This document shows, piece after piece, positions 8,957 through 17,940 of a DNA stretch of 64,000 bases; positions within the stretch are counted from its first letter, which is position 1, and the number at the start of each line of letters is the position of its first letter. The notes below the pieces were generated by a model, which saw only the letters and a list, made by a program, of their open reading frames with translations, was not told the DNA's origin and searched no databases. Origin of the DNA: an uncultured Gammaproteobacteria bacterium. Its GTDB lineage: Bacteria > Patescibacteriota > Microgenomatia > Levybacterales > UBA12049. Both the position numbers and the translations under genes were made by a program. The stretch is from positions 90,172 to 154,171 of the forward strand of contig CAYQEJ010000002.1 in the NCBI GenBank assembly GCA_964416505.1, in the 5' to 3' direction.

Positions 8957-9451
8957 TTAATCAGTTCCAAGATTTACATAAGAAGCATCACTTGGATCAA
9001 GCGCTCTTCTAATCCTAGCTCTATTATCACTAGTTTCTGAATCAATTATTACTTTTGTCGAAGAATCATTTAACGGTTCTAAAATTCTATAGGAAGGATT
9101 ATCCCGTGTTGTACGAATTTGTCCTTCACTCATTAGAAGAATTTCATTTCCCACAAAATCTTTTAATCCACTAGGTTCTTCATGTGGGTCTCCTATGGGA
9201 ACTAAGAGTAAATCTACTTTTTCTCCTGCTACCTGACCGTCAACATAAACATTAACTACCTGCCCCACCAACATGGTTTGAGCTCCATCAAATATTACTC
9301 TAGTTTTAGCATTTATATCTGGAAGAATTTGAACAATTGATCCTACTACTTCTCTTTGGGCTGATGTAAGAAGTCTTGCGACTTTTTCCTGCTTAACTAA
9401 CTCTCTTTGCTTTCCTCTAAATTGCCCTAAAGCTTCTATAAGTGCGGCCAT
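8957..9451 (-). CDS. Hypothetical protein (164 aa)
   Basis: ORF preceded by TTGACTCT-17-TATCTT. Confidence 0.5.
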   Translation of the reverse strand: MAALIEALGQFRGKQRELVKQEKVARLLTSAQREVVGSIVQILPDINAKTRVIFDGAQTMLVGQVVNVYVDGQVAGEKVDLLLVPIGDPHEEPSGLKDFVGNEILLMSEGQIRTTRDNPSYRILEPLNDSSTKVIIDSETSDNRARIRRALDPSDASYVNLGTD

Positions 9452-9512
9452 TTAATTCGAAGATACTCTTTTCCCTAAAAAGAGTCAATTATTTTAAAGC
9501 TTTGGAGTACTT

Positions 9513-9875
9513 TTATGGGGTTAAAGCTTGTCGCGCCTTCTGTTCCATACTTCTAATGTTTGCCAAATTAACCGGATCCATTCTTCCATGGTCCATTACT
9601 GATAATACTAATCTAGCAGCTGCATGAGTAACACTCATATTTCCTGCTTCAAAAAAACTAGTCACCGCGCCGCTTGCGTGCAACTCCCTGCTCACTTGAT
9701 AGCTAGGATGTGTTGCAGAAAATGCTTTAAAAAATAAAGCTCCTGCCTGCATCATTCCATCTTTAAAATGTGCATGCATTCCTACTTCTTTTGCTCTTAA
9801 AGCATCTGCAAATTTCGTCTGAGCTTCTAAAGCATAATCAACTCCCCTTCTAGATCCTTCTTTATGTATTTTCAT
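9513..9875 (-). CDS. Hypothetical protein (120 aa)
   Basis: ORF preceded by TTGACG-16-TATAAT (rc of 9876-9905). Confidence 0.45.
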   Translation of the reverse strand: MKIHKEGSRRGVDYALEAQTKFADALRAKEVGMHAHFKDGMMQAGALFFKAFSATHPSYQVSRELHASGAVTSFFEAGNMSVTHAAARLVLSVMDHGRMDPVNLANIRSMEQKARQALTP

Positions 9876-9905
9876 AATTTTATTATATAAGCAATTTCTT
9901 AATCG

Positions 9906-11069
9906 TCAATTAGTACTTTTCTGAGATCTAAATAGTTTTATATAAACAAATAGATTGCTTACCTGAAAAAATTGCAAAATCAGGATTGCTTGCACAGGAG
10001 ATAATTTGTCTGCAATAAGTCCAATTGAAAATGCTACAAATGCAAAAAATAAACTTCCAACAAATGAGTCGAGTGATCCCATTGTTGCTCTTTGTTCTTT
10101 TTTAAATTCTTTTTGCATAAGAGAATTTTTTGCAACAACTGTGGTTCCGAAAAATAAAGAGGTTGTGGACATTAGAATCGGAGTTAATACTGTTGGGTAA
10201 ATAGTTGCGACTACAGTTATAAATCTACTCCAACTATTTCCTGCCAAAAGCATTTTAAGTTCTCCAAATTTCTTAATAGTTTTTCCACTAAAATGAAAAC
10301 TGGTTGCTGCTCCAAAATAAGATATTATTTTTGCGATTGGTATAGCCCACGCAGGCCAAACCATCGAATAAACAGCGGACTGAAATTGAAAAGTTGTTTC
10401 ACCAAAACCGTATCCAAAAATTGAAGAGAGACTTAGGAGTCTTAATTTTGGATTATGTAAAAAACCTAAGAATGCTTCCCTGATGTGATTATAAATATTT
10501 CCACTTTTCTCTGAATGAATCTTTGGCTCTACAAAATAAAATGAGATTATTAAGCAGATTAATTGAGGAATAACTGAGAGCCAAACAAGCATTGAAAAAG
10601 TCCCTTTTATCAATAAAACCGCTCCAATAGCTGCAGAAATTCCTAGAGCAATTTGTGACATTTTACTAATTTTTCCATAGAATTCTGCAAAACGATCCTC
10701 CTCATTTTTTTCCGCTAAAGAATCGTAGAGCATTGCATCATTATTTCCGCTATAAAAAGCAGTGGAAAGTCCCATAAATAATGACCCTATTATTAGGATT
10801 GAATAAGATCCTCCTATTGCATAGAATACTGAAGAGATAAAAGCAGAAGCAGTACCCATAATTACTGTTTTTCTCCTACCTATTCTGTCAGAGAAAATTC
10901 CTGTTGGTACTTCAAGAGCCGCTGAGGAAACTGTTACTAAAGAAAAAACACTCATTCCTAAAGCGAAAGATCCGGTTACTTGTTGAAAATAAAGAATTGC
11001 GATGGGAGCATAAAATTTAAAATCAGTAAAAAAGCTATGCCAAGGTGCTATCTTTAAATTTCTGTTCAC
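9906..11069 (-). CDS. MFS transporter
   Basis: 387 aa with about 12 TM helices. The FSDRIGRRK loop motif between TM2 and TM3 is characteristic of the MFS. Confidence 0.75.
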   Translation of the reverse strand: MNRNLKIAPWHSFFTDFKFYAPIAILYFQQVTGSFALGMSVFSLVTVSSAALEVPTGIFSDRIGRRKTVIMGTASAFISSVFYAIGGSYSILIIGSLFMGLSTAFYSGNNDAMLYDSLAEKNEEDRFAEFYGKISKMSQIALGISAAIGAVLLIKGTFSMLVWLSVIPQLICLIISFYFVEPKIHSEKSGNIYNHIREAFLGFLHNPKLRLLSLSSIFGYGFGETTFQFQSAVYSMVWPAWAIPIAKIISYFGAATSFHFSGKTIKKFGELKMLLAGNSWSRFITVVATIYPTVLTPILMSTTSLFFGTTVVAKNSLMQKEFKKEQRATMGSLDSFVGSLFFAFVAFSIGLIADKLSPVQAILILQFFQVSNLFVYIKLFRSQKSTN

Positions 11070-11099
11070 GAAATGAGTATAGCAAACTTAACCTAAATA

Positions 11100-11756
11100 T
11101 TATTTAAATTTATCTGGGTGATCGGAAATAATTCCTGTAGAGAATTCTACTGCCATTTTTCCTGCCTGGTCATATGCAACCTTCATAAGATTTGCTTCTT
11201 TTGTCTGATCATCATCAGCGTGAGCATCAACTAACGCCAGCGTTCCTGATATATGTTCATTAAATAGGTTGGTTATAGTGCTAGCTGGTAAATTCTGTGA
11301 AGCTAAAAGTGTACCAAAATCTTGAGCTATTTTATTTAAGTTTTGTTTTGCGCTGTCCATTCCTGAATCATTATTATTCTTCTTTGCACTAGTATAATTT
11401 TTATACTCCTGCATATGATTCATCCAAAGTCTTGAAAAATTATTCCCCACTTCTGTTCCATATACATTTATTATAAAATCTGTGACCTTATTTCCGTTTT
11501 CATCCATAAGAGTCTCTAGTTGTGCAGTATCTTTTCCATCATAAGAATTAATAAGCGTCGTACCCCCTAAAACAGCATGCTCTCTTAAAAGATTATTTAA
11601 CTCCATTGTTGCATTTAAATTTGTCATATCTTGATTTGTTTTTGCTCCTGCTATCTCACTATTATTCGATGTGGAACTTCCAAATACATATCCTCCGATT
11701 AATCCTATTACCAGAGCAGCTGCAATAAATACATACAATCCATTTCTACTCATCAT
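11100..11756 (-). CDS. Secreted hypothetical protein
   Basis: An N-terminal signal/anchor (LYVFIAAALVIGLIGGYVFG) precedes a soluble domain. Confidence 0.5.
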   Translation of the reverse strand: MMSRNGLYVFIAAALVIGLIGGYVFGSSTSNNSEIAGAKTNQDMTNLNATMELNNLLREHAVLGGTTLINSYDGKDTAQLETLMDENGNKVTDFIINVYGTEVGNNFSRLWMNHMQEYKNYTSAKKNNNDSGMDSAKQNLNKIAQDFGTLLASQNLPASTITNLFNEHISGTLALVDAHADDDQTKEANLMKVAYDQAGKMAVEFSTGIISDHPDKFK

Positions 11757-11832
11757 TAAATGATAATTTTTATTTGTTAAGAAAATAAATAACTTAGGTA
11801 AGCAATCCGTAAGATAATGTATAATCCAAAAT

Positions 11833-13341
11833 ATGAAATTGGCATTTCAAATATTTCTAAATAAAAATATTTTTCCTATTATTTTATTATTCTTTTTTTT
11901 ATTTAATTCCTATTTACAAATAACCTCTAGCTCAATCACATTTGACGAACCAGCACATATAAAATCAGGTCTTGAATGGCTGACTACTGGTTTTTCGAAT
12001 TCAGATCCTTTCACTCCACCTTTTTCAAAAATTCCCTTTGGAATTTATCAGCTGGTTGGATTAAATTTATTTAATGATCCTTTCCTTATTATTCCTAGAT
12101 TCACAAATACAATTTTAACCGCAGTATTTTTTATTTATTTTTATTTTTTTATAAAAAAACAGTTCTCATTTAAAGTTGCAATTATTTCTCTTTTTTTATT
12201 AATAGTTGAGCCAAATGTAATCGGCTACACTCATTTGGCAACGACTGAAACAATGACTATGATTACTTTCTTTTTAGCATTTTCTCAAATTATAATTTTT
12301 ATTCAAAATAAAAAAAATAATCTATTACCTGTCATAATTTCAATAATTTTTTTATATATTACCAAGAGTGTTTTTTTGCCAGCGTTTTTACCTATCATAA
12401 TTTTAGCGAGCCCTAAATTAAAAAAAATTAAATTTAAAAAATTTTTAACTCAATCTTCTTTGGCCTTTTTAGTATTTATTATTCTTATATTACTGATATC
12501 AGGATTTCATACTTATCCTGCTTTCGCAGATAAATTTTCCATTCCCGGAGGAGGAGTGATTAACTCTACTTTTTCGGCAGTGAGTTACGTAGTAAATCCT
12601 AAATTTATTCCTACACGTCAGATAATTTTTATGGGAAATATAAGCCATGAAAGTTCTTATTTATATATTCCACTTTCATTTTTACTAAAAACTTCTCCTC
12701 ATCTGCTCATCCTGCTAACGACAGGAATATTTTTAGTATTATTCAGAAAAATAAAAGATAAAAAAATAATTTTTGGAATAATAACAATTTTTTCCTGTAT
12801 ATCTATAGTTACATTAGGAAACTATAATACTGGCGTAAGACATTTACTCCCTGCTTTCCCGATTATTTCTTTTATTTCAGGTTTTGTGTTATTAGAGTTT
12901 GTTTTGAAAAAATTAAATCTTAAAAAGATTATCATCTCTTCTCTAATTTTTATTTCAATAATAATTTGTTTAAGAAATAAGGACTCACTTGCTTATTTTA
13001 ATCCGGTAATTGGGTCTAAAGAAGGATCCAAAATATTAACAGAAAGTAATTTTGACTGGGGACAAAGCTTGCCATATCTTCAAAAAGAAAATCAGAAAAT
13101 TGATTATTTAGTATCAAGCACGAATGAAGATTCACAAAAATATGGCATATATGCGCCTCCCCTTCCCTCAGATTGGAAATTAAATATCCAAAAATTAAAT
13201 AATAAAAATATATTCATTTCAAATACTGCTTATTACAAATCAGGGCTTTATGAAGAAAATATATTCTCAATAGATAAAGCAGAATACTCCGCAAACAATA
13301 CTTATTTTATTTTTAAAATCCGGGGAAATAATCAGTTTTAA
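11833..13341 (+). CDS. Membrane glycosyltransferase, GT39/ArnT-PMT-like
   Basis: 502 aa with many TM helices. The N-terminal luminal loop carrying a DE motif (FDEPAH) and the overall architecture are typical of dolichyl/undecaprenyl-phosphate-sugar dependent GT-C enzymes. Confidence 0.55.
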   Translation: MKLAFQIFLNKNIFPIILLFFFLFNSYLQITSSSITFDEPAHIKSGLEWLTTGFSNSDPFTPPFSKIPFGIYQLVGLNLFNDPFLIIPRFTNTILTAVFFIYFYFFIKKQFSFKVAIISLFLLIVEPNVIGYTHLATTETMTMITFFLAFSQIIIFIQNKKNNLLPVIISIIFLYITKSVFLPAFLPIIILASPKLKKIKFKKFLTQSSLAFLVFIILILLISGFHTYPAFADKFSIPGGGVINSTFSAVSYVVNPKFIPTRQIIFMGNISHESSYLYIPLSFLLKTSPHLLILLTTGIFLVLFRKIKDKKIIFGIITIFSCISIVTLGNYNTGVRHLLPAFPIISFISGFVLLEFVLKKLNLKKIIISSLIFISIIICLRNKDSLAYFNPVIGSKEGSKILTESNFDWGQSLPYLQKENQKIDYLVSSTNEDSQKYGIYAPPLPSDWKLNIQKLNNKNIFISNTAYYKSGLYEENIFSIDKAEYSANNTYFIFKIRGNNQF

Positions 13342-14818
13342 TTTTATGAGATTTTATTCCTAACTTTTTTAGTAAATTCTTATATCCTTCGACCATCTCA
13401 TTAGTTCCTGATATGTAGTAGATTCTTTCATTATAATCAGGCACCTCTTTTTTAATAATTTCAGGAGTAAGTCTTCCAACATATCCATTCCAGCTCTTTT
13501 CTTCTGCACCCTTTGTTAAAAGATAAATTGTTCTTATGCCAATATTTTTTGCTAATTCAAAAATATCTTTGTAGACAAAATTTTCTAAGTCTCGATTTGA
13601 ATAAAAAATTACTATATCCCTACTTTGATTTTTATCAATTAAATATTTTACTATGCTTCTAAATGGAGTGACTCCAATTCCACCAGCAATAAAAACTAAT
13701 TTACCATCTGTCTTAGGAAGAATAAAATCCCCAGCTAGATTTCCTGCGTATATTTTTTGTCCAGGGTTCATATTTAATAATGCTTTTTTAAAACTACTGC
13801 TTTTCTCATCCATTCTTATTCCAAGCTTTATTTGATCTTCAGTTGGAGATGAAGAAATAGTGAAAAATCGCCTCATTCCTCTGCTATCAGGCCTCTTATG
13901 TCCTAAGGTCCACTCAAAGTATTGACCAGATTTAAAATTTAAATTTTTTGGTTTTTTAAAAATAAATTCATAGATATTTGGTGAAAGTTGTACTTTTTTG
14001 ATAAATTCTAAAACTAATCTTTTTCTAAAACTTACAAAGTAAGAAAAGATATTTCCAATAACTAACGCTGTTTCAGAAGTAGAATAAAAAGGCCCTATAC
14101 TAATTTGCGACCCCGATAAAATTCCTACTATGGCACCATAAATAATTTGCAATTTTCTTGTAGGAGGAGTTGTAAGTGGTTCAGTTAGCATAATTGTTCC
14201 AAGAAAAATCAAAGGCCACGAAGGAATTGCTTGAGAAAGAATCTGAACTATATCTGCTTTATTTAAATATGCAAAAAATGAAATAGACATCAATGCGCAA
14301 ATAAAGAATGATAAAAACATACTAATTTTCCTTATTTTTCTAACTACTAAAAATCCTATTAACAAAACGAATGGAAAAAGAAATTTATTTCCTATCCACC
14401 ATTCTGTCTGAGTTGCTCCAAGAAGTCCCATTATTACTAATGAAATTGCAACGGGATTAAATATATGTTTTTTATGAAGAACAAATACGTATTTTGAACC
14501 CATTGCAATAACTCCGAATAAAATATAGTTAAGTGGGCTTTCTCCAAATTTATATGGAGTAAGAATTAAAAATAAAATGAGCGATGTAATAGCAAAAGAT
14601 TCAATATTGAATTGTACTTTAAATATCTTTGCAAAAATAAAATTTGAAACAAAACAAATTAAGGTAATTAATCCTAAGGAAATTATTAAATCAAACGTGG
14701 AAAATGGAACTATTCCAATCCCAGAAGAAAAAATTGCTAAAGACGAAAGAAAAATTAAACCATATAAAACTACCTTATACATTGTAAAGTAGTTTAAAAA
14801 TCTATCTATAGCTTTCAT
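13313..14818 (-). CDS. Membrane-anchored oxidoreductase: N-terminal polytopic domain fused to a ferredoxin-NADP reductase-like FAD/NAD(P)-binding domain
   Basis: About 280 aa of TM helices. The C-terminus carries RRFFTISSSP (the RxYS FAD-binding motif) and GGIGVTPF (the NAD(P) GGxGxxP motif). Confidence 0.65.
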   Translation of the reverse strand: MKAIDRFLNYFTMYKVVLYGLIFLSSLAIFSSGIGIVPFSTFDLIISLGLITLICFVSNFIFAKIFKVQFNIESFAITSLILFLILTPYKFGESPLNYILFGVIAMGSKYVFVLHKKHIFNPVAISLVIMGLLGATQTEWWIGNKFLFPFVLLIGFLVVRKIRKISMFLSFFICALMSISFFAYLNKADIVQILSQAIPSWPLIFLGTIMLTEPLTTPPTRKLQIIYGAIVGILSGSQISIGPFYSTSETALVIGNIFSYFVSFRKRLVLEFIKKVQLSPNIYEFIFKKPKNLNFKSGQYFEWTLGHKRPDSRGMRRFFTISSSPTEDQIKLGIRMDEKSSSFKKALLNMNPGQKIYAGNLAGDFILPKTDGKLVFIAGGIGVTPFRSIVKYLIDKNQSRDIVIFYSNRDLENFVYKDIFELAKNIGIRTIYLLTKGAEEKSWNGYVGRLTPEIIKKEVPDYNERIYYISGTNEMVEGYKNLLKKLGIKSHKIKTDYFPGF

Positions 14819-14830
14819 ATAAATATTGTA

Positions 14831-15709
14831 CTAAATTTTCTTTTCAATGAATAATTCTGCAGGAAAATTATTGGATTTCTCAAAAGTATAATCAGGAAAA
14901 AGCACTAAACTTTCGAAATCAAAATACTTCTCTAACTTTTCTTTGGGAACAAAAAATAAACATGTAGCTAACCCATCTGCGATAATAGCTTTTTTTGCAA
15001 CTACCCAGGTAGCAAGAATATTCTTGGGAGACTCCAAGGTCTTAGGATTAATTATATGATGAAATTTATCCCAGGCTCTCCTATTCCCAGAAGAAGCTGC
15101 GATGCTTTCATTTTGAATTTTAGCAATTCCTATTACCTGTTCAAAATTACCTGGATGCTCCAAGCCTATTGAAAGAAATTCTTTTGAATTTCTATAATAC
15201 ATATCCCCTCCACCATCGACGCAAAAATCTTTTATTCCACTATCCTCTAGGATTTTGGAGATTATATCTATCAGATATCCTTTCCCAAGCCCTCCGAAAT
15301 CTAAAAGATATGGAATCTTAGTGCTTAAAACAGGGTGTTTATATATAAAAACTTCTTTTTCAGATGGAATTTTTTCAATTTTTCCTGGCGTTAATGTATA
15401 ACCGGAATCATATCCCGCCTATTCTAAAACATTTCCTACTAAAAGTGTGAACTCTCCATTAGTGATCAAGGAAAGTTTTTCATATAGAGAAAATAAATCT
15501 TTCGCATCTTGTGGAAAATTATATTCCCCTTTTTTCTTAGAAATTTCCCAAACGAGCGAATCATTACGAAATCTGGAATAAGTTTTATCGAAAACTTCTA
15601 TTCTCTTTTTAATATCTGATAAAACTTTCTCTTGAGGATATGGCGAATCTACACAATCGATAACCCAACTGGTTCCGATTGCTTCAAAGCTTAGCTTAAA
15701 AGAATACAT
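14831..15709 (-). pseudogene. apbE: FAD:protein FMN transferase ApbE, interrupted by a single in-frame TAG at 15419-15421
   Basis: Both track ORFs (15419..15709 and 14831..15202) plus the 216 nt between them translate in one frame to a contiguous ApbE (FDKTYSRF...DFGGLGKGYLIDII...VDGGGDM...ADGLATCLFV). The only interruption is one TAG codon. Confidence 0.55.
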
Positions 15710-15711
15710 TT

Positions 15712-16212
15712 TTAAGATTTTGCTTGAGACTTAATGTCATCAAGCGCAGCATTAAATCCAATTGGTGTTAAACTGGATCCAGAAACTTTCGAAAGCTTAA
15801 CTTCATCAATATTTTTACCAATTACCATTTCCTTATAGTTTGCTATGAAATCTGCTTGTTTTTCTTTTGAAACTGGATTCTTAGCTTGAGGAGTAACTGT
15901 TACATCCTTTACTACTCCACTAGATAAAGTAACGCTTACTTTAATTGATTCGGTTCCCGAATGGTATGCATATGATCCTACAGCTTCGTAAGCTCCATCT
16001 TTATAACCCGCGTTCGATGATTTATCTGGTGTATCAGGCTGTATTTGATTAGTTCCATTATTCTGGGCTGCAGGAGCTTGAACGCTTGACTGATTTTTAT
16101 TTTTCATATAGAAAAATACTCCACCTGCGACCAAAGCTATGATTACAATTACAGCTACAACGACCAATATTAAATTTTTATTTCCTCCTGATGTAGATAC
16201 TTGTTCTTCCAT
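15712..16212 (-). CDS. Membrane-anchored FMN-binding domain protein (putative flavinylation substrate)
   Basis: N-terminal TM anchor, then a domain ending in VSGSSLTPIGFNAAL. This resembles the FMN_bind (NqrC/RnfG-like) flavinylation motif [S/T]G[A/S][S/T]. It lies directly upstream of apbE. Confidence 0.5.
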   Translation of the reverse strand: MEEQVSTSGGNKNLILVVVAVIVIIALVAGGVFFYMKNKNQSSVQAPAAQNNGTNQIQPDTPDKSSNAGYKDGAYEAVGSYAYHSGTESIKVSVTLSSGVVKDVTVTPQAKNPVSKEKQADFIANYKEMVIGKNIDEVKLSKVSGSSLTPIGFNAALDDIKSQAKS

Positions 16213-16371
16213 AATTCACCTCCTTTTTTACTTAATATGAGAATCGATTAGATTACCATTATAACAAAATTTTCTTACATAAAATCAATTATTTTAATCT
16301 AATTTCGTCAGGATATTGTCTTTTTAGAGTCAAGTCTAAATTGCATAAATTTTATAGAATTACTGGATTAG

Positions 16372-17940
16372 ATGACTACAGAATTACCATCAAAAGCTTC
16401 GCCAGATCAGCATATACCAGGTACCAGAACAAGAACAACACAGCCTACTTTAGGTGATGCTCTTCGTTCTGATCCGGAGCTGATTGAGCATGTCACTAGA
16501 CCTGATAGGTCTGGACTTTCCGTGGCAGAAGCCGCCTTCTTGGCAGAGCATTCGGGATTCGTACCCCAAAGACACCCCACAGAATTAGGTCCACTGCTAG
16601 GACTTAGCGAAGGATTTGTCCATCAAGGAAGAGAGTTTACGTTGATGGAAGTGCATGCGGGAGCTCGACCTTTATACCATCATGAAATGCCGAAAGAACA
16701 GGCAGACATTTCTCAAGCTATTGCAGGTATGGGCGTCTATAATACCGTAGTTGATTCTAATGGATCAAGAGGAAATGTCGATATTCATTCTGAAGTTGCT
16801 ACAGCTGTTCATGACAGAGCAAGAGAAACATTAGCTAATGGTCAATTTACTGTTATCCTCCCTTTTGCAAACGAAGCAGGAACTATCGGAAAAGCTATGC
16901 GCCATTCCGCATCAAGAGTAGGAAAAGACAATATTATTGCTATAGATGCAGAAACTGATCCCCTAGCATCATCAGAAGCACAGGCAACTAGCGAAGAACT
17001 TGGCGACGCTGATGTTGTAAAGCAATCTGATGTGTTAAGTGGAATAGACTGGGATTTACTTCGCAGAGAAGGCATTGTTCCTCCCGATTTTCAACCCAAA
17101 GGCGCAAAAGGACTAACAATGTATGCGGGTGTAATTGCAGCACAAGCTCTAGGTCAACTTGATGGAAAAACCGTTATTTTCCATGATACTGATATCACAA
17201 ACCCTGGAAGTGAAGATGCCCAAAGAAGTGAATCCGGATCTTATGGAGCACTTGAACATTTAGCAATTCCTTATACCTATCCTTTAGATTCAGGAACTAT
17301 ACATAGCACTATGATTGCTAGAACTGGTACAGGCAGAAATAATGAACCATGGCTTTATCAAGCAAACATGATCGCTGCTATGTCTCATTTACCTAAAATG
17401 CAAAGATTAGCTGTTCTACTAGGAAGTCTTGAATGGCCATTAAGCGGTGAGAGAACAATTGGCGGAAATATAACATCACACGACGGATCAATTAAGCCCC
17501 TAATTCACGAATTAGCTTTCCCTGTAGGAATGGGTGTTGAAACCTACATGAATATTGCTCTTGCTGGAATCGATGCTAAAACAGGAAGACGAAGTGTATT
17601 TCAAGTAGCGAATCCTAATCCAAAATTAGAAAATAGAGAAAGCCCAAGAGATAGAGAATATGGATTGATTTTTGGTTGCGCTAAAAATTTAAACTTCCTG
17701 GCTAGACATGTTGAAGAAACAGGAAAACATGTTATCGACTGGGATATAGACGATATCGCAAGTTTTAATCAAAAACATGGTGGAAGAAGAGACATGTTGT
17801 CCGTCCCAAGTCCGATTGACCATCAACCAAATAGAGTCGTATCATCAGGAGTGGATGTTCTCCTACCAAGTATCTCTATGCTTGAATCCTTGGGTGCTGT
17901 AAACTGGGATAAGGTTAAAGGAGCAATTAGGCCTAACTAA
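16372..17940 (+). CDS. GT-A type glycosyltransferase-like protein (glucosyl/mannosyl-3-phosphoglycerate synthase-like), compositionally distinct
   Basis: VILPFANEAGTIGKAMRH...NIIAIDAETD resembles the GpgS/MpgS pattern (V(I/L)PALNEE.TIG.V....D..(I/L)V(I/L)DSGSTD). The extra roughly 150-aa N-terminus has no match. Its stop overlaps the next start (TAATG). Confidence 0.4.
   Translation: MTTELPSKASPDQHIPGTRTRTTQPTLGDALRSDPELIEHVTRPDRSGLSVAEAAFLAEHSGFVPQRHPTELGPLLGLSEGFVHQGREFTLMEVHAGARPLYHHEMPKEQADISQAIAGMGVYNTVVDSNGSRGNVDIHSEVATAVHDRARETLANGQFTVILPFANEAGTIGKAMRHSASRVGKDNIIAIDAETDPLASSEAQATSEELGDADVVKQSDVLSGIDWDLLRREGIVPPDFQPKGAKGLTMYAGVIAAQALGQLDGKTVIFHDTDITNPGSEDAQRSESGSYGALEHLAIPYTYPLDSGTIHSTMIARTGTGRNNEPWLYQANMIAAMSHLPKMQRLAVLLGSLEWPLSGERTIGGNITSHDGSIKPLIHELAFPVGMGVETYMNIALAGIDAKTGRRSVFQVANPNPKLENRESPRDREYGLIFGCAKNLNFLARHVEETGKHVIDWDIDDIASFNQKHGGRRDMLSVPSPIDHQPNRVVSSGVDVLLPSISMLESLGAVNWDKVKGAIRPN

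Noticed and set aside
1-9905. Prophage interpretation of the first island
   Set aside because: No integrase, terminase, capsid, portal, tail or lysis genes are present and there is no flanking tRNA or att-like repeat. Each gene has an individual host-type promoter.
14831-15709. Alternative genetic code explaining the in-frame TAG in apbE
   Set aside because: TAG terminates the genes at 43718..44953 and 40408..41511, TGA terminates purK, and TAA is common. The standard code fits all other genes, so a local nonsense mutation, error or read-through is more likely than recoding.
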